The position numbers and the translations under genes were made by a program. Under the pieces are notes generated by a model. It saw only the letters and a list, made by a program, of their open reading frames with translations. It had not been told where the DNA came from and did no database searches. A stretch of DNA of 64,000 nucleotides, from assembly GCA_963700285.1 (NCBI GenBank), contig CAVOXA010000001.1, positions 1,472,001 through 1,536,000 of the forward strand, given 5' to 3'. Shown one piece after another: positions 19,560-30,389 of this stretch (positions within the stretch are counted from its first letter, which is position 1; every line of letters starts with the position of its first letter). The DNA is from an uncultured Chloroflexia bacterium (lineage in GTDB: Bacteria > Chloroflexota > Anaerolineae > JAAYZQ01).

Positions 19560-20999
19560 CTAGAACAATCCTGCTATCCGCTCTGCCATAGCGTCGATCA
19601 CGGTCTCCAGGCAGCCTGGGGCCAGGATGGAGGGCTCCTCCTGGTACAAGCCCTGCCCATAGCGGTCCGCTGGCAGCAGATAACCAACCGGCTGGTCGCC
19701 CGACACCGGGGACAGGAGGATAGCCCTTTCAGGAAAGCGCCTGCGCAGCTCAACCTGCAGCAGGTTGTAGGGCTCCCCACTGCAAGTCGCCCATACGGCA
19801 TCCCCCAGGCGATGGACCGAGTAGTGGAAGGAGTAGGCCCCTCCATCTGGCAGCGTGTTCACCTTTGCGAGCCAGCGCCGCGCCCGCTCGGCGCGAGCCC
19901 CAAAGTCCCGGGCCGCTATCGTATCACCGCGGTCCTCGGCTTCTTGATGCCGCGCCAGCCATTGGTCGAGTTCCTGCTGGAGAGACCGAGGATCCGGCTT
20001 GGGTCTGAGGGGCAGATCGATGGTATAGGTTCTACCTTCAAACCGGGCAGCCGCCGCCTGGTGCTGGGCGGCCAGCGGAACGTGGTCCCAAACCCCAAGC
20101 GTGGCGCCAGAGATCACTGGTCCCTGGTACACGTAGTCGGTTCCCGGCGGCCCCATGGACTCCAGGGACGAGAGGGCGGCGTAGGCCAGCCAACGGCCAT
20201 TCTGGTCAGCGACAGCGGGTCCGCCGATATAGTCTCGGCGAGGTCCCAAATCACCACAGGCCCCCTGGGCATAGATGCAGGGCGCACCGGTCATGGATGT
20301 GACCGTTTCTCTCATGGCTCCAGCAAAATCGGGGCTGATCAGGGTGTTTTCGTAGGCCAGGGTGGTGGCATGGCAGCCATAGTTGACGATCACGGCCAGG
20401 GTTTCTCCCGATTGATCTGTCACGCGAGCGACCAGGACGGTATCATCGGCCTCAGCGTCGGGGTTCAGGCCACAGACAAAGCAGTTGTTCTCCTCGTCCC
20501 AAAAGTCCCGGTTAGCGGCCATGTTGCAGCGCCCAAAGGCGTAGGTGATGGTCGCCTCTTTCAGGCAGGCTGATGCCTCCTGGGCAGCCAGCTCCAGCCT
20601 GGCCTGCATCTCGGCCAGGTAGAGCGGGATCATGTCTCCGCCCGGCATCGCCTGGCGGTCGGGGCTGAAGCCGCCGGAAGCGTGGGTGTGGGAGTAGGAC
20701 ACAACCGTTTGTTCGAGGGGCAAGCCACTGGCCTTGCTCAAGGCCGTTCGCAGCTCGTTGTGCTGGCGAAGGGGCAAGTTGATCAGATCCAGGTGAGCCC
20801 GGAGCAGCGCCGGACCGGCCCCATCGATGGAGCCGATCACCATGACATCACCCAGAAGAGGGCGGTGAACTCCTGTGGCCCGGTCGTGCCTGGCAGCTCC
20901 CCACAGACGATGATAGATGCCTACGGGCGGTGTGATGTCAGTACGAGCGTAGCCCCAGCGGACCCTAGATGTCGGCGCAGGTACAATTGCAGCAGTCAT
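19560..20999 (-). CDS. Neutral/alkaline-ceramidase-like amidohydrolase (hypothetical)
   Basis: DITPPVG, SHTHA, NRD, NYGCHAT, ISPDFAG, QGACGD and GEPY. Confidence 0.7.
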   Translation of the reverse strand: MTAAIVPAPTSRVRWGYARTDITPPVGIYHRLWGAARHDRATGVHRPLLGDVMVIGSIDGAGPALLRAHLDLINLPLRQHNELRTALSKASGLPLEQTVVSYSHTHASGGFSPDRQAMPGGDMIPLYLAEMQARLELAAQEASACLKEATITYAFGRCNMAANRDFWDEENNCFVCGLNPDAEADDTVLVARVTDQSGETLAVIVNYGCHATTLAYENTLISPDFAGAMRETVTSMTGAPCIYAQGACGDLGPRRDYIGGPAVADQNGRWLAYAALSSLESMGPPGTDYVYQGPVISGATLGVWDHVPLAAQHQAAAARFEGRTYTIDLPLRPKPDPRSLQQELDQWLARHQEAEDRGDTIAARDFGARAERARRWLAKVNTLPDGGAYSFHYSVHRLGDAVWATCSGEPYNLLQVELRRRFPERAILLSPVSGDQPVGYLLPADRYGQGLYQEEPSILAPGCLETVIDAMAERIAGLF

Positions 21000-21004
21000 G
21001 CCAA

Positions 21005-21160
21005 TCCTCCATTAGAAGTTGGTCAAGAAATCGGATCGTATCGTCGATGTCCCCTTTGTCGGCGATCAGGGGCGGGGCGAGCGTGATCATGTCCATCTGG
21101 CAGCGCATGGCTTCCATCACCCGCGGATGGCGGTGTCCCAGGACTACCAAAGACACCTCC
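21005..21160 (-). pseudogene. Internally deleted class-III aminotransferase remnant (N-terminal end joined to C-terminal end)
   Basis: SLVVLGHRHPRVMEAMRCQMD (N-terminal LGH.HP motif) is fused in frame to MITLAPPLIADKGDIDDTIRFLDQLL (C-terminal APPL motif). The PLP-binding core is missing. Confidence 0.7.
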
Positions 21161-21285
21161 GATGGCGTCAAAGTATCGTTTGCCGTGGATGTCCCAGTAG
21201 TACAGCCCTTCCGCCCTCTCATCGAGCTTTCTCCCAATGCTGGCTCTGCCCTCTCGAGGTCCCGAACCCTCTTCAGGCGGAGCCG

Positions 21286-22785
21286 CTACTGTATTCGCAC
21301 TGCTTTGTAGTAGTCTCGAAATGCGCGGAATCCCTCGTCGTAGACTGAAGCGACGCCCGGATCCGGGGCCAGCCGCGTTTCCTGGCCGCCAAAGGCAGCA
21401 AAGCCGGCCTCAGGATCGGCAAAGTGTCCAGCACCCACGCCGCCCAGGATGGCTGCCCCCCGGCCTGCTGCCTGTTTGGAGGACGGCAGCGCTACCGGGA
21501 CGCCCACGACGTCGGCCACGATCTGCGGCCAGGCCGGGCTCTCGGCCGCCCCGCCAACCATCGTCATTTCCGCTACGCGCATGCCTGCGTCCTGCATCTC
21601 CTGGACAACCCAGCGTAGCTCATAGGCAATGCCCTCCATCACGGCACGAGCCATGTCAGCGCGGTTGTGAGCCAGAGACATGCCAAGAAAGCCGCCTCCG
21701 GTCCGGGCAAAGGCCAGGCTGTGTCCTCCTGTCAGTGGGAAGAAGAACAGACCGCTAGCCCCAGGTGGGGACTGGACCACGGAGCGATTGACGGCCGCGT
21801 AGAGGCCGTCCCGCCCTTCACCTACACCTTTTCCATCCCAGACGTTGTCGACAAGCCATTCCAGGGAGGTACCCACACCGCCCATGGATCGCAGCGCTCC
21901 CCAACGGCCCTTGACCGCGTGGTGGCTGACTGCCATGCCGTTGTCTAGGGCAACACCCTTGTCTGCCGGGACCGCCAGAATGACCCAGGCCGTGCCGCAG
22001 GAGAGCAGCACTTGCCCCGGACGTGTGACCCCAGCCCCAACTGCAGCGCAGTACTGATCGTGGGCGCCATTGACCACCAGGACGTCCTGGGACAGGCTTG
22101 TCGCCGCGCTGGCCTCTGCCGTCAGCCTACCTACAGGGAAGCCGGAGGGCTGCATCGGTGACATTTGGTTTCGTCTGGCGCCAGCGAACGCTAGCAATTG
22201 TTCGTCCCAATCCCCGGTATCCAGGTTCAGGAGCTGGGTGATGCCCGCGTCCGAGGGGTTCATGCACAGCCGCCCTGTCAGGCGTTGTACAACAAAGTCA
22301 TTTACAAACAGGAATTGCCGCGTCGCCGCAAATGCCTCTGGACAGTGCTCGCGGAACCAGGCAATGAGCAGCAGGGGCAATCCGCCGCCCAGGCGCCAAC
22401 CGGTGGTGCGGTGGATGAACTCGGCGCCGAACTGGTCCCTGACGCGTTGGGCTTGCTCACCGGCGCGGTGGTCCATCCAACTGAAAGCATGGTGCGTGGG
22501 TTGGCCGTCAGCGCCGACAGGGATGGCCGTACCTGCCTGCGACGATAGACCCAGCGCGATGATCCTGGTATTGCACCCAGCTTGCTGGGCGACAGAGCGG
22601 CAGGTTGATACGACTCCGCGCCACAGGTGCTCGGGATCTTGTTCCACCCACCCGTCCTGGGGGGTGATCAGGCCGTAGCTGTAGCTGGCCGCGGCGACCT
22701 CGCGTCCCCGGCTATCCAGGAGCAGCGCTTTGGTCGCCGTTGTGCCCACGTCTAGCCCTAGGAACAGGTCTGTAGATGCGCTCAT
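21286..22785 (-). CDS. FGGY-family carbohydrate kinase (xylulokinase-like)
   Basis: GLDVGTTATK, EQDP, WMDHR, GAHDQ, SCGT, AVMEGIA and VGGAA.S..W.QI.AD. Confidence 0.9.
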   Translation of the reverse strand: MSASTDLFLGLDVGTTATKALLLDSRGREVAAASYSYGLITPQDGWVEQDPEHLWRGVVSTCRSVAQQAGCNTRIIALGLSSQAGTAIPVGADGQPTHHAFSWMDHRAGEQAQRVRDQFGAEFIHRTTGWRLGGGLPLLLIAWFREHCPEAFAATRQFLFVNDFVVQRLTGRLCMNPSDAGITQLLNLDTGDWDEQLLAFAGARRNQMSPMQPSGFPVGRLTAEASAATSLSQDVLVVNGAHDQYCAAVGAGVTRPGQVLLSCGTAWVILAVPADKGVALDNGMAVSHHAVKGRWGALRSMGGVGTSLEWLVDNVWDGKGVGEGRDGLYAAVNRSVVQSPPGASGLFFFPLTGGHSLAFARTGGGFLGMSLAHNRADMARAVMEGIAYELRWVVQEMQDAGMRVAEMTMVGGAAESPAWPQIVADVVGVPVALPSSKQAAGRGAAILGGVGAGHFADPEAGFAAFGGQETRLAPDPGVASVYDEGFRAFRDYYKAVRIQ

Positions 22786-22787
22786 GC

Positions 22788-23847
22788 TCAAACCCTGGTC
22801 TCGACCCCGTCCCTCACCTTGGCAATGACGCCCACAGCGTTGCCGTAAAAGACGTCCTCGACGTCTGTCGTGGACAGCTCTGTCGCCTCGGCTGCCTCTC
22901 GAAAGGCGAGCAGCTCTTCGTACATAAAGAAGGATAGTCTCTCACCCTCTTCCCGGCTGACCTCGCCCATGTTGGGGTCGTCGCTAACGTCACCATACAG
23001 GCCGGGCGGCACCAGATTGACATATTTCCCATCCCGGCAGATGCGCCGCATGCGCATGCGCAGAATGGGCATGTCGCTGCCAAACAGGATGCGCTTGGCG
23101 CCCACGGTGCGGATCAGCCCCTCCATGACCTGGGCATTGGTGTGGGCGCTAAAGTCAAAGAGCATTCGCTCGGTGTCTTGCAGAACCTCGAAGGCGTTGC
23201 CTACATCTTCCTGGCAGTAGGCGCGACCGATGTGGGCAATGATCAACTGCAGATTGGGATACCGGCGCTCGATCTCCAACATGGCCTCGAGATTTACCGG
23301 ATCCCGGAGGCGGTCTCTGCGAGGGATGTGCAGCATCACCAGCCAGCTGCCGTCGTCTGCTGCTTCGAGGTGGGCGTGGGGCAGAAAATCCTCGATGGTG
23401 ATATCACCCGAGGCGATGTGGGCCGGCGCAAAGTTGAGGTAGGGCTTGAGCCCCAAAAAGCCTCCATCGCGTACCCGCTGGGTGACTTCCTCGGCCGTCC
23501 AGTCAGGGGTGCTGACCAGCAGGCTGGGAAGGTCGTGCTGCTGGGCGACCTGGCTGATGTAGCCGTTGGTCTGGTCCATGATCGACGCCCCGCCGCGGCG
23601 AGCCAAAGACCAGGGGGGTCACCTGCTGCTCGGGGAACATCAGCTTGTAGGTCTCGAACAGATCCTCAATGGGATTGTCCTCGGCCACAAGGCTCGGCCA
23701 CTTGGCGCCACGCGTCAAAGGGTCTTCATGCTGGAAGAACTCTTTACGCCATACGTGGGTATGGATGTCGATCATTCTGGCCGGCAGGAACCCGGCCAGA
23801 TGCTGGCGGTAGAATTCCCGGTCAACGTCCTTCATTTCAAAGAGCAT
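22788..23847 (-). CDS. Amidohydrolase_2-family protein, split by a +1 indel near 23580
   Basis: ORF 23503-23847 (IDIHTH) continues into ORF 22788-23606 (GLKPY, MLHIP, IAHIGR, LFGSD). Deleting one A gives ...RGVDLDQTNGY. Confidence 0.8.
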
Positions 23848-23910
23848 TGTTTGGTCTCCAGTCGATGGGGCGTGATTCCCGCCGCTGTCGCGGCTTCTCT
23901 ATGGCAGTCG

Positions 23911-25200
23911 CTACAAGCCGGCGAGTGGGTGGTCGGGCGGGCCCCAGTCCTTGTACATTGCTTCGTGATACGGTTCCTCCTGCTGCCGCTGGCGGATGCT
24001 CTGGAGCGCCTGCTGGTCGGGCAACAAGGTCTGGCCCAGTGTAGCGTGATTGGGCAAAAGATATGGCTCTGGCGTTCCAGGCCTGCAGGAATAGTGGTCG
24101 TTCTCCCATTCCTTGCGAACCGCCTCGTCACGCAGGTCGGGGATGTCGATCCAGCCCCCACCCTGCAGAACTGAGCGCCAGGCAAGGTTGCCCACCAGGG
24201 TCATGTCCAGGCCCATATAGACGTCGATGTCCGGCTTTTCGCCAGTCTGGATCGCCCTGGCGAACTCGTACATCAAGAACAGGTCAGAGCCCCAATGCTG
24301 GGTCTGTGCCGCCTTCTTGTTCCAGCGTGGGTGCCTGGCCGTGTAGCGCCGGATCTCCTGGTCCTCGTCGAGAAAGACGGTTACCTCGTTGGGGTCGGGC
24401 CAGCGGTTGCTCTCGATGCAGCCCTTGCTGCCGCCGACAGAGTACCAGGGCTGCCAGGGCTCCCGTGGGTAGGGGCCGCCGTGCAGGCTCTTGACCAGCG
24501 CCCCGTTCTCCAGCCGGACCATCTCCATGGCCGGCGTCTGGGCTGGCAGCATACCCTCCTTGTCCATGCCCAGCAGCCCGGTCGCAGCCTGGACGGCGAC
24601 CGGGCGAAGACCGGTAATGCGCAGGATCGGCCCGATGGAGTGGGTTACATAAAACGTTGGATACATCCACAGCCGCCAGTGGTGGGGAAGGTTTAGGTCG
24701 ACGAGTTTGTGTACGACGTCGCGGGCAAAGTGCACGTATTCTCCCTCGGCGTAGCGCAGCTCGCCCAACGCGCCCGACTCGTAGAGGCGGCGCATTTCCT
24801 GTACAAAGGCCAGGTAGCAGAAATTCTCGCCGAAAAAGTATACCTTGCCGCTGGCTTCCACCGCCCGGGCCAGTTCCACGCCCTCGGCGATGGTCACGCA
24901 GGCCGGCACCTCGCTCAGGACGTGCTTGTCCGCGTGGAGGGCCTGGCAAACCGCCGGCACGTGCTCGTCGGCATAGTTGGCCACCGCGATGGCGTCGAGT
25001 CCCTCGTCGGCCAGCATCTCTTCGTAGGACGTGAACAGCCTGGCCTCGGGGTACATATTGCCGATGATGCGCAGCCGTTCCCGGCTGCGACCGCAAAAGG
25101 CGGCTACGGTCACCTGCGGCAACTGTGCGGCGGCTTCGGCAAAGGCGGTACCCCGGCGCGTGCCGAGGACGCCTAGTTGAACTGTGTTGGTAGAGACCAT
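23911..25200 (-). CDS. Gfo/Idh/MocA-family oxidoreductase
   Basis: N-terminal Rossmann fold GVLGTRRG, HVLSEVP, GENFCY, GEYVH, YVTHSIGP and HWGSD. Confidence 0.88.
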   Translation of the reverse strand: MVSTNTVQLGVLGTRRGTAFAEAAAQLPQVTVAAFCGRSRERLRIIGNMYPEARLFTSYEEMLADEGLDAIAVANYADEHVPAVCQALHADKHVLSEVPACVTIAEGVELARAVEASGKVYFFGENFCYLAFVQEMRRLYESGALGELRYAEGEYVHFARDVVHKLVDLNLPHHWRLWMYPTFYVTHSIGPILRITGLRPVAVQAATGLLGMDKEGMLPAQTPAMEMVRLENGALVKSLHGGPYPREPWQPWYSVGGSKGCIESNRWPDPNEVTVFLDEDQEIRRYTARHPRWNKKAAQTQHWGSDLFLMYEFARAIQTGEKPDIDVYMGLDMTLVGNLAWRSVLQGGGWIDIPDLRDEAVRKEWENDHYSCRPGTPEPYLLPNHATLGQTLLPDQQALQSIRQRQQEEPYHEAMYKDWGPPDHPLAGL

Positions 25201-25314
25201 TGTCCTCTTCCAGTTTCAGATTTGGGTTTTCTGATCGCAGGGTGCCTGCTGCCTGAGCAAGTTCGGAGCTCCTGGCGTGAGATCATGTTCCCAAAGTGCC
25301 CGAATGATCTCGCC

Positions 25315-26301
25315 CTAATCTAGTTTCATACGCGGGTCAAGGGCGGAGCGCAGCCCATCGCCGAACATGTTCACGGCCAGCACGGTGAAGGCAATGGCCA
25401 GCCCCGGATAGATAGTCATCCAGGGCGCCTGGTTCATAAAGCGCCGGCCGCTATTAAGGATGACGCCCCACTCGGGATCTGGCCGCTGGACCCCCAGGCC
25501 GATGAAACTCAGGGCGGCGGCGGTGAGGATCGCCGTGCCGATGTTCATGCTGCCCAGCACAATCAGCGAGGAAGCGATGTTGGGCAGGATGTGCCGCCCC
25601 AGGATGCGCCCGGTCCTGGCTCCGGTACATCTGGCTGCTTCGACGTACAGTTCCTGCTTGGCGCTGAGCACGGTACTGCGTACCAGGCGCGTGTAAACGG
25701 GGATCCAGGCAAAGCCGATGGCCAGCATCACGTTGGTGAGCCCGGGACCAAGGATGGCGATGACGGCCATGGCCAGCAGGATGCCCGGGAAGGCGTACAG
25801 GATATCGATCCCGCGTTGCGTGACAAAGTCCAGCGTGCCGCCGAAATAGCCCGATAAGAGGCCAAAGATGGTGCCAAAGATGAGGCCGATGGCGTTGCAC
25901 ATGATGGCCACCTGGAGTGAGACGGTGGTGCCGTGCAAGACGCGGCTAAAGAGATCCCGACCGTACTCGTCGCAGCCCATGATGTGGGGGAAGGCATGGA
26001 CCTCATTGTCATTCGCGTCCCAACCCAGCAGTTCGCCCTGGAAAGTGGGCTCGCAGAACTGGGCGCTAGGATTCATTTCGATGGGATCGTAGGGGGCTAT
26101 GACCGGGGCCAAGATGCCCAGGATGACGAACAGGATCAGAACGGCCAGCCCGACCATGGCCGCCTTGTTTTTCCACAGCTCGCGGCGGACGATCTGCCAC
26201 TGCGTCTGCGGCTTGCGCGCCAGATCCTGGATCTCCTGGCGCACGTGGTCCTGGATCTCGGCCTTCAGGCCGTGGGGATCCTTATCGGTGCTTTGAGCCA
26301 T
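25315..26301 (-). CDS. dppC: Dpp/Opp-type ABC permease (DppC/OppC family)
   Basis: MGCDEYGRDLFSR, EAA motif YVEAARCTGA, RHILPN, ALSFIGLG and PEWG. Confidence 0.92.
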   Translation of the reverse strand: MAQSTDKDPHGLKAEIQDHVRQEIQDLARKPQTQWQIVRRELWKNKAAMVGLAVLILFVILGILAPVIAPYDPIEMNPSAQFCEPTFQGELLGWDANDNEVHAFPHIMGCDEYGRDLFSRVLHGTTVSLQVAIMCNAIGLIFGTIFGLLSGYFGGTLDFVTQRGIDILYAFPGILLAMAVIAILGPGLTNVMLAIGFAWIPVYTRLVRSTVLSAKQELYVEAARCTGARTGRILGRHILPNIASSLIVLGSMNIGTAILTAAALSFIGLGVQRPDPEWGVILNSGRRFMNQAPWMTIYPGLAIAFTVLAVNMFGDGLRSALDPRMKLD

Positions 26302-26318
26302 GCAGAAACCTCAACGTT

Positions 26319-27246
26319 TCATTCCTGGAGCCTGATTCTTGGGTCCAAATAGGCGTAGGAAGCGTCGATCAAGATATTCGATACGACATAGATGATTGCG
26401 GTAAAGAGCACGACGCCCTGGGCCACGGTAAAGTCCTTGTAGATGATCGAGTGGACGGCCAGCCTGCCGATGCCGGGCCGGGCGAACACCGTTTCGATGA
26501 CGACCGCGCCGGCCAGCAAGCGCCCCAATTGCACGCCCATGATGGTGACCACGGGGATGAGGGCATTCTTGAGTGCGTGGCGGATGACGGTCACTCGTTC
26601 CTGCACACCCTTGGCCCGCGCCGTGCGGATATAGTCCTGCTGGAGGACCTCGACCAGGTTGGAACGCGTCATGCGAGCGATGACGGCCATCTCGGCGATG
26701 CCGATGGCAATGACGGGCATGATGAGGTGCTGCCAACTGCCCACGCCCGATGAGGGAAGTCATCTTCAATCGCACCGAGAAGAAAAAGATCATCATCAGC
26801 CCGATCCAAAAGCCTGGGATAGACACCCCAGCCACGGACAGGGCCATAACGGCGTTGTCCAGCCAGGAATTGTAATTGACCCCGGCCAGGATGCCCAGCG
26901 AAAAGCCCAGGATGGACGCCATGAGCATGCCCAGCAGGGCCAGTTGCAGGGTGTAGGGGAACTGCTCCAGGATTAGGTCTGTGACGGTCCGTCCACCCTG
27001 GATCGACCGGCCCAGGTCACCCTGAACCGCCCGGCCTATGAACTTGGCGTACTGGACCATGAGTGGGTCGTTTAGCCCCAGCCGGTCACGGATGGTCTGG
27101 ATCTGGGCTTCGGTCATCGATTGCTGGGCGAAAATGGCCGAGATGGGGTCGCCAGGGATGAGATGCAGCATAAAAAACACGAGCGTCGCCACACCCAGAA
27201 TCACCGGAACAGCAAAGACGAAACGCCGGATGATGTATTTGGTCAT
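26319..27246 (-). CDS. dppB: Dpp/Opp-type ABC permease (DppB/OppB family), split by a +1 indel near 26748
   Basis: MTKYIIRR, PGDP, GDLGRS and SIPGFW, then in the next frame HLIMP, DYIRTARAKG, HALKNA and ETVFARPGIG. Confidence 0.88.
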
Positions 27247-27273
27247 ACCGATTTCCCTACACCTGTTTCTAAA

Positions 27274-27304
27274 GCTGGGCAGGGAGCCGCGCTCCCTGCC
27301 CAGC
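27274..27304 (-). terminator. Perfect 14-bp hairpin between the SBP and permease genes (attenuating or mRNA-stabilising)
   Basis: GCTGGGCAGGGAGC-CGC-GCTCCCTGCCCAGC; no strong U-tract. Confidence 0.6.
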
Positions 27305-27352
27305 GCGCGCCTGAGCAATCAGAGACTGCTCAGGTGGCTGTGCGACTATCCC

Positions 27353-29099
27353 CTAGGGTAGGATGTAGGCTTCGTAGAGCCAGGGATAGAAGGCCGTGGC
27401 GTCAAAGGCGATGCCCTTGACGCTATCCTTGATGCCGGTGTAGAAAGCCAGTTCGACGATGGGTACCTCGTAGGCGTTCTCCATGATCTGCATCTGGATC
27501 TGCTTGATCAGCTCGTTGCGCTCGTCCATGTCCAAGGTCGACTGGGCGTCGGCAATGAGCTGGTCCAGCACCGGGTCGTCCAGGCAGGCCCAGTTGGAGC
27601 TGGCCTGGGTGCCAAAGAAGCCCTTCAGGTCCAGCGGGTCAACCGACACCCCGCCGTTGCAGGGCATGGCTTCGGTGCAGCTATCGCCCCGCTCGTTGTT
27701 GGCCGCGCCGGACAGGGTGCTGATCTCGGCGTCAAAGCCGACGGCGATCAGGTTGGCCTGGAGGAACTCGACCCACTCGTTCCAGCCCTCGTTCTGGCCG
27801 ATGACGACTTTTAGCGTCTCGCCGTCCTTCTCGCGGATGCCGTCGCCATCGCTGTCGACCCAGCCGGCCCCTTCCAGGAGCTCCATGGCCTTCTCCGGGT
27901 CATAGTTGTAGAGCCGCTCGACCTCTGGGTTGTAGGCTTCCTTGTCCCACTTGGTCACGGGGCCATAGGCCGGCACCGTCAGGCCAAAGTAGACCACGTC
28001 GGCGATGCCCTGCTTGTCGGTGGCATAGTTGATGGCCTGGCGGACGGCAAGGTCATTGGTGGGCGAGATGGAGACGTTGATGGCGTTGTGCTGGGGTACG
28101 CCAGGGATAAAGTTGGAGATGATGTCCAGACCCGGCGTTTCGGCCAGGCGTCCGGCGTCGGCGTATGGCACGCGTGAGATCACGTCGGCGTCGCCCGATT
28201 CCAGGGCGGCGGTGCGGGTGGCGTCCTCCTGGATATACTGGAAGACGATCTCATCCAGGTAGGCGGGCCCATCGTGGATGAACATGGGCGAGGCCCAGTT
28301 ATAGTCCGGGTTCTTGACGACTTTGACGTGCGAGCCGGGCAGCCATTCCTCAAAGATGTAGGGCCCGGTGCCCACGGGGTTGGTGCCAAACTCCTCGCCA
28401 AGCTCGGCTGTCGCCTTGGGCGAACCGATGCCCGAAGCCGTGCGCGCCAGATCCTGGAGCCACAGGATGTTCGAGTCCTTGAGGTTGAAGCGAACGCGAA
28501 TAGTCGCCCGTCTTCTCAACGCGTCTCGATCTGGTCGGTCCAGCGGACGATCGCGCCGATGGGGATAGTCGGGGTCCATGATGCGCTCGAACCAGGCGAC
28601 GACGGCATCGGCGTTGAATGGCTCGCCGTCGTGGAAGGTGACGTCGTCGCGCAGTTCCATGTCAAAGACGGTATAGTCGTCGTTGTGCGTCCAGGACGTG
28701 GCCAACCCGGCTGCAGGTTCATGTCCGCGTCCAACCAGATCAGATTGTCAAAGATCTGGTAAGATGGTCATGAACTCGACGGCATACTTGCTCTGTCCCG
28801 GATCGAGGGTCGAGCCCTCCTGGTTGATGACGTAGGTCAGCGTGCCGCCCAGCTGACTGCGCCGCGGCGTCGGGGGTCGCGGTGATGACTACCTCGACCT
28901 CTTTTTCAACTTCCTTGACGACCTCTTTCTCGACCTCGACGATCTCGGTCACAACCTTTTCGACCTGCTTCTCGACCTCGACGACGACGGTTTCTTTGAC
29001 GACCTCCCTGACGACTTCCGGCGCGCCGCCGCAGGCAGCCAGCGCGGTCATCATGGTCAGGACGACCAGCAGAAACAGCAACTTTTTGGCGTTCTTCAT
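27353..29099 (-). CDS. Family-5 ABC substrate-binding lipoprotein, interrupted by about six single-base indels (28500-28860)
   Basis: Lipobox LAAC and a V/E/K-rich stalk. Reconstructed across frames: GGTLTY...LDP, PGLATSW, LRDDVTFHDGEPFNA, PVGTGPY, VRQAINYATD, YDPEKA..LLE.AGW. Confidence 0.85.
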
Positions 29100-29487
29100 T
29101 TCACACTCCTCCTGAATTTTGTGTGCCCCCAGGGGCTCTCGAACTGCGACCGATACTGATCCTAGCTTGTCCGGCATATTTGGCGGGACCGTCGAGTCGG
29201 GGCAAACAGCCCAGATGGCGCCCGGTGTTGCAGAGCTGGAACCGGGCAACGACTGACCCTTGGTCCTTGCGGCATCACCCCCTTCCTTCGTTCAGGGCAT
29301 TGGCGAGAGCAGGACCGGCCTCTGCGTAGTGCCTGAGGCTGGCCAAGGCGCCGCTCTAGTAATGCCCGCGACTACCATCTGTTCTGGCGCACCATAGCCA
29401 ACATTCCTACTCTTTCAGTGAAGCCCGGATATGCTGGATTCGAACTGCGGCAAACGATGTTGTGTTGACATGCCACGACCTGGGCAT

Positions 29488-30300
29488 CTAGTCCAGGCCG
29501 TATTCCGCTGCCGCCTCGGCCGGCGTTGCTGCACCATTGACCACAGCCTTTAGCCCGCGCAGGAACGCGGCTGGATCCCGTGCCTGGACCACGTTGCGGC
29601 CAAAAACCACACCCCGCGCGCCGGCGGCAACCGCCTTCTCGGCCAACTCTAGGGCGTCCGCCTCCCGCTCCATCTTTTCTGCTCCCAGGGCAAAGACCGG
29701 GATGGGCGTCCCCTCGGTCACCTCGGCAAAGCGCTCGCCGGTATAAAAAGTCTTGATGGCGTCGGCGCCCAGTTCGCAGATGATACGGCACATCTTTTTG
29801 ATATAGTCGTGAAACTCGTCGGGACGCTCCCGCAGCCCGCCGACGGAAAAGACCTCACCGATCAGGGGGATGCCCAGTTCGCGCAGCTCTTGGGCCAGCT
29901 GGCCAAAGGTCTCTACGTTGCGCGCATCCCACCGCTGGTTTCCAGTCTGGAGTACCAGGCTGGCTACCACGGCATCGGCGCCGGCCGCGACCACGGTCTG
30001 GAGCGGGATACTCTTGACGATGTGCGCCTCCTGGTAGTGCCACGGCTCGCAGTGGATGGTGTTCCAGTTTCCCCGGACGAGGACCGAGGGGCTGCCCTGG
30101 CCCAAGAAAAGGTCCCCCGAGAAACGGATCATCTGCGGGGCTAGCAGGACGCCGTCCGCTTCTTTCAACAACTCGGCAGCAGCGGTATAGTCGATCAAAC
30201 CTTCCATGGGTCCAAAGGTTTGGCCGTGATCGATGGCCACGATGACGGCTCGTCCGCTGCTGGAGAATAGCTTGCTCAGTCGGATCTCTTTTCCTCTCAA
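29488..30300 (-). CDS. Class I aldolase, DhnA/LsrF family
   Basis: VAIDHG, ELGADAIKT (Schiff-base Lys) and GARGVVFGRNVVQ. TTG start after a GGAGGAG RBS. Confidence 0.88.
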   Translation of the reverse strand: MRGKEIRLSKLFSSSGRAVIVAIDHGQTFGPMEGLIDYTAAAELLKEADGVLLAPQMIRFSGDLFLGQGSPSVLVRGNWNTIHCEPWHYQEAHIVKSIPLQTVVAAGADAVVASLVLQTGNQRWDARNVETFGQLAQELRELGIPLIGEVFSVGGLRERPDEFHDYIKKMCRIICELGADAIKTFYTGERFAEVTEGTPIPVFALGAEKMEREADALELAEKAVAAGARGVVFGRNVVQARDPAAFLRGLKAVVNGAATPAEAAAEYGLD

Positions 30301-30334
30301 AGGTACTCCTCCTTGTGTCTTGGTTGGCCTATCC

Positions 30335-30382
30335 AGACCTCGGGGGTGTGAACCTTTGGGTCGGCCCAAAACCCCCGAGGTC
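30335..30382. repeat. REP-like palindrome (AGACCT...AGGTC family)
   Basis: GACCTCGGGGGT ... ACCCCCGAGGTC inverted arms in the intergenic gap. Confidence 0.6.
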
Positions 30383-30389
30383 CAGTGCA

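Noticed and set aside
28860-29020. Quasi-periodic GTCGAG/GTCAAG DNA repeats
   Set aside because: Explained by the V/E/K-rich protein stalk. Not a CRISPR array or VNTR.
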